This document shows positions 17,374 to 25,498 of a stretch of 64,000 nucleotides of DNA, one piece after another. This DNA comes from a virus (Duplodnaviria > Caudoviricetes). Under the pieces are notes generated by a model that made no database searches, had not been told where the DNA came from, and worked only from the letters and a program-made list of their open reading frames with translations. The stretch is taken from positions 1-64,000 of IMG/VR virus record IMGVR_UViG_3300037440_000703. One strand, written 5' to 3'. Numbering within the stretch: the stretch's first letter is position 1; every line of letters starts with the position of its first letter. The position numbers and the translations under genes are program-made.

Positions 17374-18222
17374 ATGGCGAGACGCCACGACAATCTTCGA
17401 GGGTCAGACCCGGCGTACCGTCACCGTATGGACGAGACGGCCGACGACGACAGCTGGCCGCCCCCGGTCGACGGCAGGTGCAACGGCCGCCGGCAGCTCG
17501 CCGACGGCACGAAAACCCGTTGCATCCGCACCGCCGGCTGGGGCACCCCCTACGACGAAGGGCCCTGCGCGCAGCACGGCGGGGCGCGCGGAGACAAGCC
17601 GGAGCCACGCCGTCTGCCCGCCCCGGTCGACGACGGCTGGCCGCCGCCCGCCGACGGCAAGTGCAACGCCAAACTCAACGACCCGAAACGCCGCTGCAAG
17701 CAGCCGGCCGGGCACGGCACCGACTACGACCTGGGCCCGTGCAAACGGCACGGCGGCGGGCACGCCAACGGCCGGAAGTCGGCGGCCCGGCAGACCTACG
17801 AACGGGACTACGCCCACAGCATTCTGTTCGGCCAGGTCGTGGAAATGCCGCCGATGCTCGGCCTCACCGTGGTCGCCTCGAAACTGCACGGTTTGGCGAC
17901 GTACATCGAGGAGCAGATCACCGCCGACGCCGACGCCACCGAGGACGGCCGGGTCCAACTGGCCGCCGCCGGGCAGGCGGACGTGCGGGTCCGCCTGCTG
18001 ATGGAAGCGTGGCTGGCCGTCGCCCGCGTGTACAAGATGGGCGCGGACGCGAACGTCGAACAGCAGCAGGTCGATTTGGTCCGCTCCTACCAGGACCGGG
18101 TTTTGGACATCGTGGAGGCCGGCCTGCGGGCGGGCGGGGTGGACCCGGACGACCCGGCCGTGTCGGCGGCGGTCGGCGGGCTGCTGGCGCAGGTGTCCGG
18201 CGGGCTGAAGGCCGTGTCGTGA
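17374..18222 (+). CDS. Probable terminase small subunit with two HGG-type (HGGxSTG-like) Zn-binding repeats
   Basis: Two copies of WPPP.DG.CN..C...AG.GT.YD.GPC..HGG then a helical region; first gene of the late strand, upstream of terL. Confidence 0.6.
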   Translation: MARRHDNLRGSDPAYRHRMDETADDDSWPPPVDGRCNGRRQLADGTKTRCIRTAGWGTPYDEGPCAQHGGARGDKPEPRRLPAPVDDGWPPPADGKCNAKLNDPKRRCKQPAGHGTDYDLGPCKRHGGGHANGRKSAARQTYERDYAHSILFGQVVEMPPMLGLTVVASKLHGLATYIEEQITADADATEDGRVQLAAAGQADVRVRLLMEAWLAVARVYKMGADANVEQQQVDLVRSYQDRVLDIVEAGLRAGGVDPDDPAVSAAVGGLLAQVSGGLKAVS

Positions 18223-19660
18223 GCACCTACTGGTCGTACCGCTGCACCACCTGCGAGGTCGACTGCGGCGAACGCGGGGTCAACCACGGGCAGCGGGAAC
18301 TACGCAACCTCGCCCGGCTCGGCCCGCACCTCGCCGCACTGCGTGCCGCCGACGTGGACGGTCTCGTCGAGACCAGGACGTGGAGTGTCGACGAGAGCGA
18401 CCTCGCGTTCCTCGCCGAGCACGGGTCGGGCGAGCACCTGCTGGAACTGGTCAGCGAGTACGGCGACGTAGAACCGCTCGACCTCGACGCGCCGTGCCTG
18501 GAGGCCCTCGACTTCGCGGGACTGGCCGAACCTCCGACTTGCTCGCGGTCGCGGGGCCATCCCGGCAAGCACGAGGCTCGGGTGACGGTCCGGGTCAAAG
18601 GTCCGGTGGTGCGGTGCTGGACGGCCCGCTGGTGAGGATCGTCGACAACGCTGGCGACGAGGTCTTCCACTGGCACCACGGCGGCGTGGTTTCGTTCGGC
18701 GGCGGCGTGCCGGCTCAGTCGACCGTCGGTAACCGCCTCGTGGCCGCCGCCGACGGCACGCTGGTCACCCCGGACCACCTCTGCCCGGACATGCTGCGGC
18801 ACGAGAACCTCGGCGGCGCCGACGGGCCGCGAGGAAGAGTCGTCCGCGCGTTCTTCTGGCTGCTGCGGGCGTGGCCGGTGCGGTCGTGAGCGCCGTCGAC
18901 TGGGCGGTGGCCGCCACACTGCTCGTCCTGACGGCCGGTTCGCTGGCGGTGTTCGTCTGGCTGGCCGCCCGGGACTGGCGGCAGGCCGGGCGGCCCGACG
19001 ACGACGAGGACCGACCTTGACTGGCGTGGCAGGACGGGAGCCTGCCGCCCGGGTCGCCGCCGGGTCGCGTGTCGTCGTAGTCGACGCGCAGGGCGGCGCC
19101 CACCGTGCGACCGCCAGGTCAGGCCCGGTGCCCAGCCGGGACACGCCCGTGGTCTGGGTGGAGTTCGTTGGCGCCGAAGGTTCCACGCCGTGGCCCGCCG
19201 GGTCCGTCCGACCGGACGAGTTCGGCGAGTGCGACCTGACCCCGGGGTGCGAACACGGACGCCACGAGGCGTCGGAGCATCCGTGCGGCCGGAGCGTCGA
19301 ACCGCCTGGCACACCCTGCCGGCACTGCGGCGGCCCGGTGCCGGAGGACGGCACGGCCTGCCCGGACTGCTGGGAGCCGCTGGCCGGTAAAAGCCTGGCC
19401 GAGCTGAAAGGGATTTTCGCGGAGACGGACCTGGGCCTCGACGTGCCCGACGGCGAAGGCCGCCTGTGATCGACCTGCTGGTGGGCCTGCTGGGTCGCCG
19501 TTACTGCCTGGCCTGCTGCGGCAGGCTCGGCACCCGGACCACCGTGTTCGACCTGACCGGCGGGAACCGGGCGCACGCCGTCTACGGCTGCCAGCGGTGC
19601 GGGACGGTGACCGAAGTGCGGGTGCCCGTGCCCGGCGGGGCGGTCGTGCCCAGGTTTTGA
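18219..19660 (+). other. Five coupled hypothetical genes (18219-18635, 18632-18889, 18886-19020 TM, 19017-19469, 19466-19660)
   Basis: 4-nt stop/start overlaps; several CxxC motifs. Confidence 0.55.
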
Positions 19661-19695
19661 CCGGCCGGTGAGAGCGCGCACACGGCACGCACGGA

Positions 19696-19725
19696 GAAGG
19701 CCCGCCCTTTCGGGCGGGGCCTTTC
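19696..19725. terminator. Terminator between convergent genes
   Basis: AAGGCCCGCCC-TTTC-GGGCGGGGCCTT. Confidence 0.75.
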
Positions 19726-19728
19726 GGG

Positions 19729-19917
19729 TCAGGCGCAGGGGACCTCGCCGGACTGGTCGCAGGTGGTGCAGTCGCCGTCGTTGCCGTTCTCGCCGCACTC
19801 GGGGCAGATGGTCTTGAGCGTCTCGTCGCAGGTCTCGCACATCGGGTGGACGGGGCATTCGCCGTCGGTGCAGGCCGCGCGGGTGTGGGTTTCGGCGGCG
19901 GTCTGCGTGGCGGTCAT
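19729..19917 (-). CDS. 62-aa Cys-rich (9 Cys) zinc-finger-like protein
   Basis: CETC, CPEC, CTTC; SD GGGAGG; own promoter. Confidence 0.7.
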   Translation of the reverse strand: MTATQTAAETHTRAACTDGECPVHPMCETCDETLKTICPECGENGNDGDCTTCDQSGEVPCA

Positions 19918-19947
19918 CTGGTGCCTCCCTCGTTCTGGTGTGTCTTT

Positions 19948-20041
19948 ATCTTACCTTGGTGGATATCCACCAAACAAGGGTTCCCGAGAAATACTTGAGA
20001 CGAGTTTTCTGCTTGACGTGGATATCCACCACAGCTACAGT
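19948..20041. promoter_or_regulatory. Divergent promoter pair, each with a GTGGATATCCAC palindromic operator between -35 and -10
   Basis: + strand TTGACG(20013)-17-TACAGT(20036); - strand TTGTTT-18-TAAGAT; operators TTGGTGGATATCCACCAA 19956-19973 and GTGGATATCCAC 20018-20029. Confidence 0.8.
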
Positions 20042-20047
20042 TAGGCC

Positions 20048-20614
20048 ATGCCACGCAACGAGGACCGCCACCGCTACCCCGGCCACTACGTCCGCATCCC
20101 AGAGCACGTCTGGCTCGAGGCGCAGGTCAGAGCCCGCAACGAGAGCTACGGCGGCGGGGTGCGCGACCTCATCCACGGCCTGCTGGCCGCCTACGGCGCC
20201 AAGGCCGTCGACGCACCGCCGATCGCAGCCCACGACCCCGACCACGAAGGGATTCTCGTGACCCGCATTTACAGGGCAGCCGCCACCACCGCCCCGGACC
20301 TCGAAAGCACGGACTGGACGCCTGTCGACTGGTCGGCGTCACTCACGGTTTTCCCTGGCGACGACGCCAGCGAGGAGATGCTTGGCGCATGGCTGCGTGA
20401 GCAGTACGGGCAGGCCGTCTGGGCGCTGTTCTGCGAGCCGGAGTTCACCCAGGACGAGGAGGGAGTGTACGGCGACCCGGTCCCGCCGTCCGCCCTCCGG
20501 CTGGTACTGACCGGCCCAGACGGCCAGAGCGGCGTCCACATGGAATCGGCGGCGCGCATTTCCGCTCAACAGGACGAGGCCCGGCAGAAGTTCTACGGAC
20601 CCGAGGCCCACTGA
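20048..20614 (+). CDS. Protein with N-terminal ribbon-helix-helix-like DNA-binding domain, probably leaderless
   Basis: HYVRIPEHVWLEAQVRARNESYGGGVRDLIHGLLAAY; ATG 6 nt after the -10 box. Confidence 0.7.
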   Translation: MPRNEDRHRYPGHYVRIPEHVWLEAQVRARNESYGGGVRDLIHGLLAAYGAKAVDAPPIAAHDPDHEGILVTRIYRAAATTAPDLESTDWTPVDWSASLTVFPGDDASEEMLGAWLREQYGQAVWALFCEPEFTQDEEGVYGDPVPPSALRLVLTGPDGQSGVHMESAARISAQQDEARQKFYGPEAH

Positions 20615-20667
20615 GCACCGGGGCCACCGACGGCGGGGATGCGCTGCTCTGACCCCGGACAGCACGA

Positions 20668-20707
20668 AACCGCCCCGCCACCCTCGCGAGAGAGTGACGG
20701 GGCGGTT
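20668..20707 (+). terminator. Terminator hairpin
   Basis: AACCGCCCCG..CGGGGCGGTT. Confidence 0.7.
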
Positions 20708-20831
20708 CTACGTGCGGGCAGAAGGTCGTCCCGGGGCGGCGGCCCTCAGGCGACCCTCGTAGAAGGGCAAGGCGCCCCTCTGCGGTGGTTAGAATCGACA
20801 GGCCGACCGTAACGCAAGGAGGCTGGTCCCC

Positions 20832-21026
20832 GTCACCGTCCTCACCCGGCTCCTCGTCGACCCCGCCCACCCGGGCGCCCGCCGCGGCGAGGGCGGCGGG
20901 TTCTTCGGTACCGGCGCGTTCCTGACCGGCTCCGGTTACGGCACCCGCATCGACCTGGACGCCGTCCGCAGACTGACCAAGTCGGAAGCGTCGAGTCTCA
21001 TCACCAGCCTGAAGGGCGAGTACTGA
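20832..21026 (+). pseudogene. ORF without a canonical start (GEGGGF..LTKSEASSLITSLKGEY)
   Basis: TAGAAT -10 box at 20790 and SD AAGGAGG at 20816, but GTC where a start is expected; stop abuts the next ATG. Confidence 0.5.
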
Positions 21027-21027
21027 G

Positions 21028-21651
21028 ATGCACGCCACCGTCGCCCGGCTCGTCGCCGAGTTCACCGCCGCCGACCCGGTAGCGCTGCGCCGCGCGGCCG
21101 GCGACCGGCGGGCGCTGCTCATCGATGAGCTGTACGCCCAGCTCGGCACTGACGCCGCTGTCGCCGCCGCGCTCCCGAACCGCCCGAGTGCGCAATGGGC
21201 GTGGGCCAAGCGCCAGGACGCGGACGCGGTCCGCGCCGACGCCGCACGGTACGCCGCCGCTATGGCGCTCGGCGACGCCAGCATCCAGACGCAGGAGCCG
21301 GCCGCGAAGCTGTTCTCGATCAGCATGGCCGACGTCAGCAGCACGGTCAGCCAGCGTCTCGACGGTCCGTACCGGAAGGTCGTCGACGTCGAGCGGATCG
21401 GCGACCTCTACCGCGTCTGGCTCGAGCCGCAGCCGGGCGAGGAGGGCCAGGAGTACATCGACGGCACGGCGGGCAGCAACCTCTGGCAGCCGTACTCGCC
21501 GCCCACCGCCGCCGAGCGGGAGCTTGCGGAGCGGCAGGACGCGGCGGCCGGCGAGGACGCGCTGGAGGCTGCGGCGGCGGACTGGGACCCGCCCGCCGCC
21601 GAGGTCGACGAGGCCGAACTGGCGTACCTGCGGGAGCGTGGCCTGGCGTGA
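21028..21651 (+). CDS. Hypothetical protein, possible N-terminal HTH
   Basis: RRALLIDELYAQLGTDAAVAAAL..SAQWAW. Confidence 0.65.
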   Translation: MHATVARLVAEFTAADPVALRRAAGDRRALLIDELYAQLGTDAAVAAALPNRPSAQWAWAKRQDADAVRADAARYAAAMALGDASIQTQEPAAKLFSISMADVSSTVSQRLDGPYRKVVDVERIGDLYRVWLEPQPGEEGQEYIDGTAGSNLWQPYSPPTAAERELAERQDAAAGEDALEAAAADWDPPAAEVDEAELAYLRERGLA

Positions 21652-21666
21652 CCGGCCCCGGCCGGC

Positions 21667-21698
21667 ACCGCCCCGTAGCCCGCCGGCTGCGGGGCGGT
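21667..21698 (+). terminator. Terminator hairpin
   Basis: ACCGCCCCGTAGCC-CGCC-GGCTGCGGGGCGGT. Confidence 0.7.
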
Positions 21699-21724
21699 CG
21701 CGCAGGCCGATGGACAATAGGCGC

Positions 21725-22000
21725 GTGACCACGGACCGCACCGACCACGTCGTCGACCTGATCGACAGAGCTGTCGGCAAGGCCGCGCGCGCCGCCACCT
21801 GCCGCTGCGAACGCCACGCCGACCACCCGTGCGAACGTGCGATCACCCAGGAAGACCTGCGCTGCGACGTGTGCCGGGCGTCCGGCTGCACCGAGATCAC
21901 GATCGGCAGGAACACCAGCTACCACGCCCATGTCACGTTCGGGATCGACGTAGGCCGGTTCGACGTAGGCCCGATCGTCACCCGAGTCGTCCTGAAATGA
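21725..22000 (+). CDS. Small Cys-rich protein coupled to terL
   Basis: GACAAT-N6-GTG; CRC..H..C..CDVC. Confidence 0.55.
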   Translation: MTTDRTDHVVDLIDRAVGKAARAATCRCERHADHPCERAITQEDLRCDVCRASGCTEITIGRNTSYHAHVTFGIDVGRFDVGPIVTRVVLK

Positions 22001-23499
22001 CCGTCGCCCCGCCGGTCGCGTGGGTGGACCGGGCCGACGCGGGGCTGGCGCAGGCGTGGGCCAACCGGCGGCAGCGCCGGGAATGGCGCCGCGACCCGAA
22101 CGCCTGGGCGCGGCACCGGGGCATCGAACTGTGGTCCGAACAGCGCAACATCCTCAAGGCCGCCGCGCAGCACGACCGTGTAGCTGTCCGTAGCGCCCAC
22201 GACACCGGCAAGTCCTTTTCCATGGCCGTGCTCGTCGCGTGGTTCCTCGACACCCACCCGCCCGGTCAGGCGCGGGTCGTCACCACCGCCCCCTCCCAAG
22301 ACCAGGTCCGGGGCATCCTGTGGAACGAGATCAACGCGCTGTGGGAGAAACACCCCGACCTGCCCGGCCGCATCAACCAGACCGAGATCTGGATCGGCAA
22401 CTACCAGGCGGCCGTCGGCCGCAAATCCTCCGACTACCGGCCGGCGTCGTTCTCCGGGTTCCACGCCCGCTACATCCTCATCGTCGTCGACGAAGCCGAC
22501 GGCATCCCGGCCGCGTTGTGGGGGGCGATCGACACGCTGGCCACCAACGCCGGGGCGAAGATCGTGGCCATCGGGAACCCGGACGACCCGACCAGCGAGT
22601 TCCGGCGGCGCCAGTCAGACCAGGGCTTCGGCGGCAAATACTTCACGATCAAGATCCCGGCGTGGGTCACCCCCAACTTCACCGGCGAAGACGTCTCCGA
22701 GCTGCTGCACGACGTGCTGCTCTCTACCGGCTGGGTGGAGGAGAAGCGGGTCGCGTGGGGCGGGGCGCCGGACGTCGACCCGGACGACCCGAGGTGGGCG
22801 CCCGACCACCCGTTCTGGTCGAGCAAAGTCGAAGCCGAGTACCCGTCCGAGTCGGCGAACGCCGTCATCCGGGTGGCCGACCTGCTGCGCGCCCGGCGGG
22901 TAGAGCGGGACGACTCGCTGGCCTCCCGCCGCAACGACCGCCACGGCGTGGTGCTGGGCGTCGACCTCGCCGGTTCCGAACGGGGCGACGAGTCGGTGGC
23001 CCGCGCCCGGCAGGGCAACCGGCTGCTCGGCGAGAGCCGCACCCGGACGGCGGACCCGGACGAACTGGAAAACTGGCTCGTCGCTGCCGTGGACACGTTC
23101 GCCGCGACGACGGCGCAGATCGACGCGGACGGCATCGGCCACGCCTACCCGTCGGCGCTGCGAAGACGCCGGCCGAAAGTGTCGGCGGTGCCTGTCCGCA
23201 GCGCGGTGCAGGCGTCCGACCCGAAGGTGTACGTCAACAAGCGGGCCGAGATGTGGTGCCACCTGGGTGACCTGCTGCGGCAGACCGGTGACGACCAGCT
23301 CGACTTTTCGGCGTTGGACGACGAGACGGCGGCACAGCTGCTGACGGTACGCCGGGCGCCGCCGGTGAAAGGCCGGATCCTGATCGAGTCGAAAGACGAG
23401 ATCCGCAAGCGGATCGGGCGGAGTCCTGACGGCGGCGACAGCGTCGTCTACTGCTTTTACACGGCGCCGAAGCCGCGCATCCGCGTGCTGGGCGCCTGA
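21997..23499 (+). CDS. terL: Terminase large subunit
   Basis: VAVRSAHDTGKS Walker A, IVVDEADG Walker B, IGNP coupling motif, LGVDLA..GDESV, IDADGIG, GRSPDGGDS nuclease motifs. Confidence 0.93.
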   Translation: MTVAPPVAWVDRADAGLAQAWANRRQRREWRRDPNAWARHRGIELWSEQRNILKAAAQHDRVAVRSAHDTGKSFSMAVLVAWFLDTHPPGQARVVTTAPSQDQVRGILWNEINALWEKHPDLPGRINQTEIWIGNYQAAVGRKSSDYRPASFSGFHARYILIVVDEADGIPAALWGAIDTLATNAGAKIVAIGNPDDPTSEFRRRQSDQGFGGKYFTIKIPAWVTPNFTGEDVSELLHDVLLSTGWVEEKRVAWGGAPDVDPDDPRWAPDHPFWSSKVEAEYPSESANAVIRVADLLRARRVERDDSLASRRNDRHGVVLGVDLAGSERGDESVARARQGNRLLGESRTRTADPDELENWLVAAVDTFAATTAQIDADGIGHAYPSALRRRRPKVSAVPVRSAVQASDPKVYVNKRAEMWCHLGDLLRQTGDDQLDFSALDDETAAQLLTVRRAPPVKGRILIESKDEIRKRIGRSPDGGDSVVYCFYTAPKPRIRVLGA

Positions 23500-23500
23500 C

Positions 23501-23689
23501 CTACGAGCGGGACCGCGCGTAGGTCAGGCCCGCCGGCAGGGTGGCCGACAGGAAGACGGTGCCGGCCAAGATGAACAGGACGTTGAGCATGTCCGCGCCG
23601 TCCAACGCGGTCACCTCGAAGACCTGCAGGGCGCCGACGACGATGAGGGTGAGGGCCGCGCCGAGGGCGGCCAGGTTGAGCAGGGACAC
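23501..23689 (-). CDS. Antisense two-TM small membrane protein
   Basis: Two hydrophobic helices; CATACT -10 box about 35 nt upstream. Confidence 0.65.
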   Translation of the reverse strand: MSLLNLAALGAALTLIVVGALQVFEVTALDGADMLNVLFILAGTVFLSATLPAGLTYARSRS

Positions 23690-23749
23690 GGGGTGCCGCC
23701 TTCGCTGGGTGACGTCGCCGAGAGTATGTCCGGTCGCGGGGAAACCAAA

Positions 23750-23780
23750 CGGCCCCGCACCCTTTCGGGCGGCGGGGCCG
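23750..23780 (-). terminator. Terminator hairpin
   Basis: CGGCCCCGC..CCC-TTTC-GGG..GCGGGGCCG. Confidence 0.6.
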
Positions 23781-23998
23781 GACGGCGGTGCTGGCTGGCG
23801 TAGACAGACCAAACGGACGCTTCCGGGACGACGAACTTGACCTCGCCGGCCTGGTCGACGATCCCGACCGCCGTAGCGATCGGCTCCTGACCTAGCTCGC
23901 CTTCACGAAACGCGCGGGCGCGAAGCGCAGGTAGTCCGAGAATGGCCAATGGAACGTCCGTCACGGTCGGATGACCTTTCTTGGGTGATGCTGGCGAG

Positions 23999-24337
23999 TT
24001 AGGCGGCCAGCGAGATGCGCACGGCTGCGAGGTGCTTGCACAGCTCCCCGCGCTGGCCGCGAATGCAGGAGCACTCGGTCGGCGAGGTCCAGTACTTCGT
24101 GTAGGGCGAGGTGGAGACCAGGAACAGCGGGCCGGACAGGTCGCGGGCGGTGCGAGTCACCCCGCCGTCGGCGAGGATCTGCCGGGCCGCCACCACCTGG
24201 TCGATGCTGAATTCGGCGGTCTTGGCGGCTTCCCGCTTCGCGCAGACCCTTCCGTATCCCCGTGCGACCGACGAAGCTGCCCGGAGAACCCTGCCGCAGC
24301 CTTTGCAGCGGGCGGTGGTGGCGTCGGTCCCGGTCAT
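23999..24337 (-). CDS. DUF6011-like zinc finger plus SWIM zinc finger protein
   Basis: CKGCGRVL..S.ARGYGRVC and CSC..RG..CKHLAAV. Confidence 0.75.
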   Translation of the reverse strand: MTGTDATTARCKGCGRVLRAASSVARGYGRVCAKREAAKTAEFSIDQVVAARQILADGGVTRTARDLSGPLFLVSTSPYTKYWTSPTECSCIRGQRGELCKHLAAVRISLAA

Positions 24338-24366
24338 CTTGTCCCCCTCGTCGTCGGTACCTCTTC

Positions 24367-24434
24367 ATAGTACAGTGCTGTTATGTACGATGGCAAGGGA
24401 ACGTGCGTGGTTTGTATAACAGAACTGTTACACT
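24367..24434. promoter_or_regulatory. Divergent promoters with paired ATAACAGnACTGT operators
   Basis: - strand TTGCCA-18-TACTAT; + strand TACACT 24429 then GTG 6 nt later; operators 24372-24384 (-) and 24416-24428 (+). Confidence 0.7.
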
Positions 24435-24440
24435 GTGGAG

Positions 24441-24725
24441 GTGATCACGGACGTGCTGGAAGCCCACCTGGCTTTGGAGAAGGACCGCTGGACCCGCGCA
24501 CGGGCCGACGCGGACGCCTTGCTGATACGCAACGAATATCGTCGGCGTCAGGACGCCGGCGAGGCCCGGCCGCAGGACGACATGGCGGTAGAGCTAGGCA
24601 CGTTGCAGCCGGGCATCAGCAGGTCGGTCAAACGCGGCGACGAAGTCGCCAACGACCCGGTCCGGCTCGCCGACGCCCGCGCGCAGGCGGCAGCGGCCGG
24701 CATCGACCTGGAACTACTGGGCTAG
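24441..24725 (+). CDS. Small HTH DNA-binding protein
   Basis: QDDMAVELGTLQPGISRSVKRG. Confidence 0.65.
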   Translation: MITDVLEAHLALEKDRWTRARADADALLIRNEYRRRQDAGEARPQDDMAVELGTLQPGISRSVKRGDEVANDPVRLADARAQAAAAGIDLELLG

Positions 24726-24734
24726 GGGGAGACG

Positions 24735-25046
24735 ATGAAAACTAGGATCATGACCACCTGCCGCAACTGCCCGCAGCCTGTCGCGTGGAGTCCGGACGGA
24801 GGCTGGCGCCACCTGCACGGCGGGTCGGCGTGCGACGAGACGAGGCGAACCGGTGCGGCGCCGTCGGACGGAACCGGACGCTGCCAGGCCTTCGAACGAG
24901 TCGACGGCGGGCTAGCTATGTGCGACGGCCCGCCCGACGGGCACCAGGATCACGCCGCGCACGTCGTGCTGCACTTCTCGACCATGGATAGCGCGATCAA
25001 GCCGAACGAGTGGCTGCATCCAGCCCGACGCTGGTCGACGCCGTGA
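24735..25046 (+). CDS. Cys/His-rich hypothetical protein
   Basis: CRNC..WRH..C; SD GGGGAG. Confidence 0.6.
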   Translation: MKTRIMTTCRNCPQPVAWSPDGGWRHLHGGSACDETRRTGAAPSDGTGRCQAFERVDGGLAMCDGPPDGHQDHAAHVVLHFSTMDSAIKPNEWLHPARRWSTP

Positions 25047-25498
25047 CCGCCGCGACTCCCGACCGGCGCGCTGCGATCTTGGCTCGCTGCGACGAGCTGG
25101 AAGCGGTGGCGAAAGCCGTTCTCGACTCTCCGGAGCCAGGGCACGACGACACCGGCGAGTGGGAAGCGACCGGCTCCGGAGTGGTCACTGACCTGTGGAT
25201 GCGGCGCGTCATTTCGCCAGCGCCCCCATGGATCTCTACGGAGCGTTCCGACGCCCTCGGTACCCACGTCGCGACGTGGAGCCCGACGGCCGTGTTCGCC
25301 CTGATCGCCGGGGCGCGGGCAATGTGCGAGATCCACAAGTTGTGGGATGCCGACGAAGGGGACCTCGTCGCCGTCGAAGCCGTCTACGGCCCGGAAGTGA
25401 GAAGAGGGCGCTGGTGTCAGGGGTGCGGGGGCCTGACGAGTTGGCCCTGCCCGACGTTGGCCGCGCTCGCCCGGATGCTGGGAGTAGAAAATGCCTGA
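25043..25498 (+). CDS. DUF6221-like phage protein (divergent)
   Basis: ILARCDELEAVA..HVATWSP..EIH..CQGC..WPCPTLAALA. Confidence 0.6.
   Translation: MTAATPDRRAAILARCDELEAVAKAVLDSPEPGHDDTGEWEATGSGVVTDLWMRRVISPAPPWISTERSDALGTHVATWSPTAVFALIAGARAMCEIHKLWDADEGDLVAVEAVYGPEVRRGRWCQGCGGLTSWPCPTLAALARMLGVENA

Noticed and set aside
23611-23964. 117-aa minus-strand ORF after the DUF6011-SWIM gene
   Set aside because: It has a plausible SD and N-terminal half but runs through the terminator and into the next gene with low-complexity sequence; too uncertain to call.
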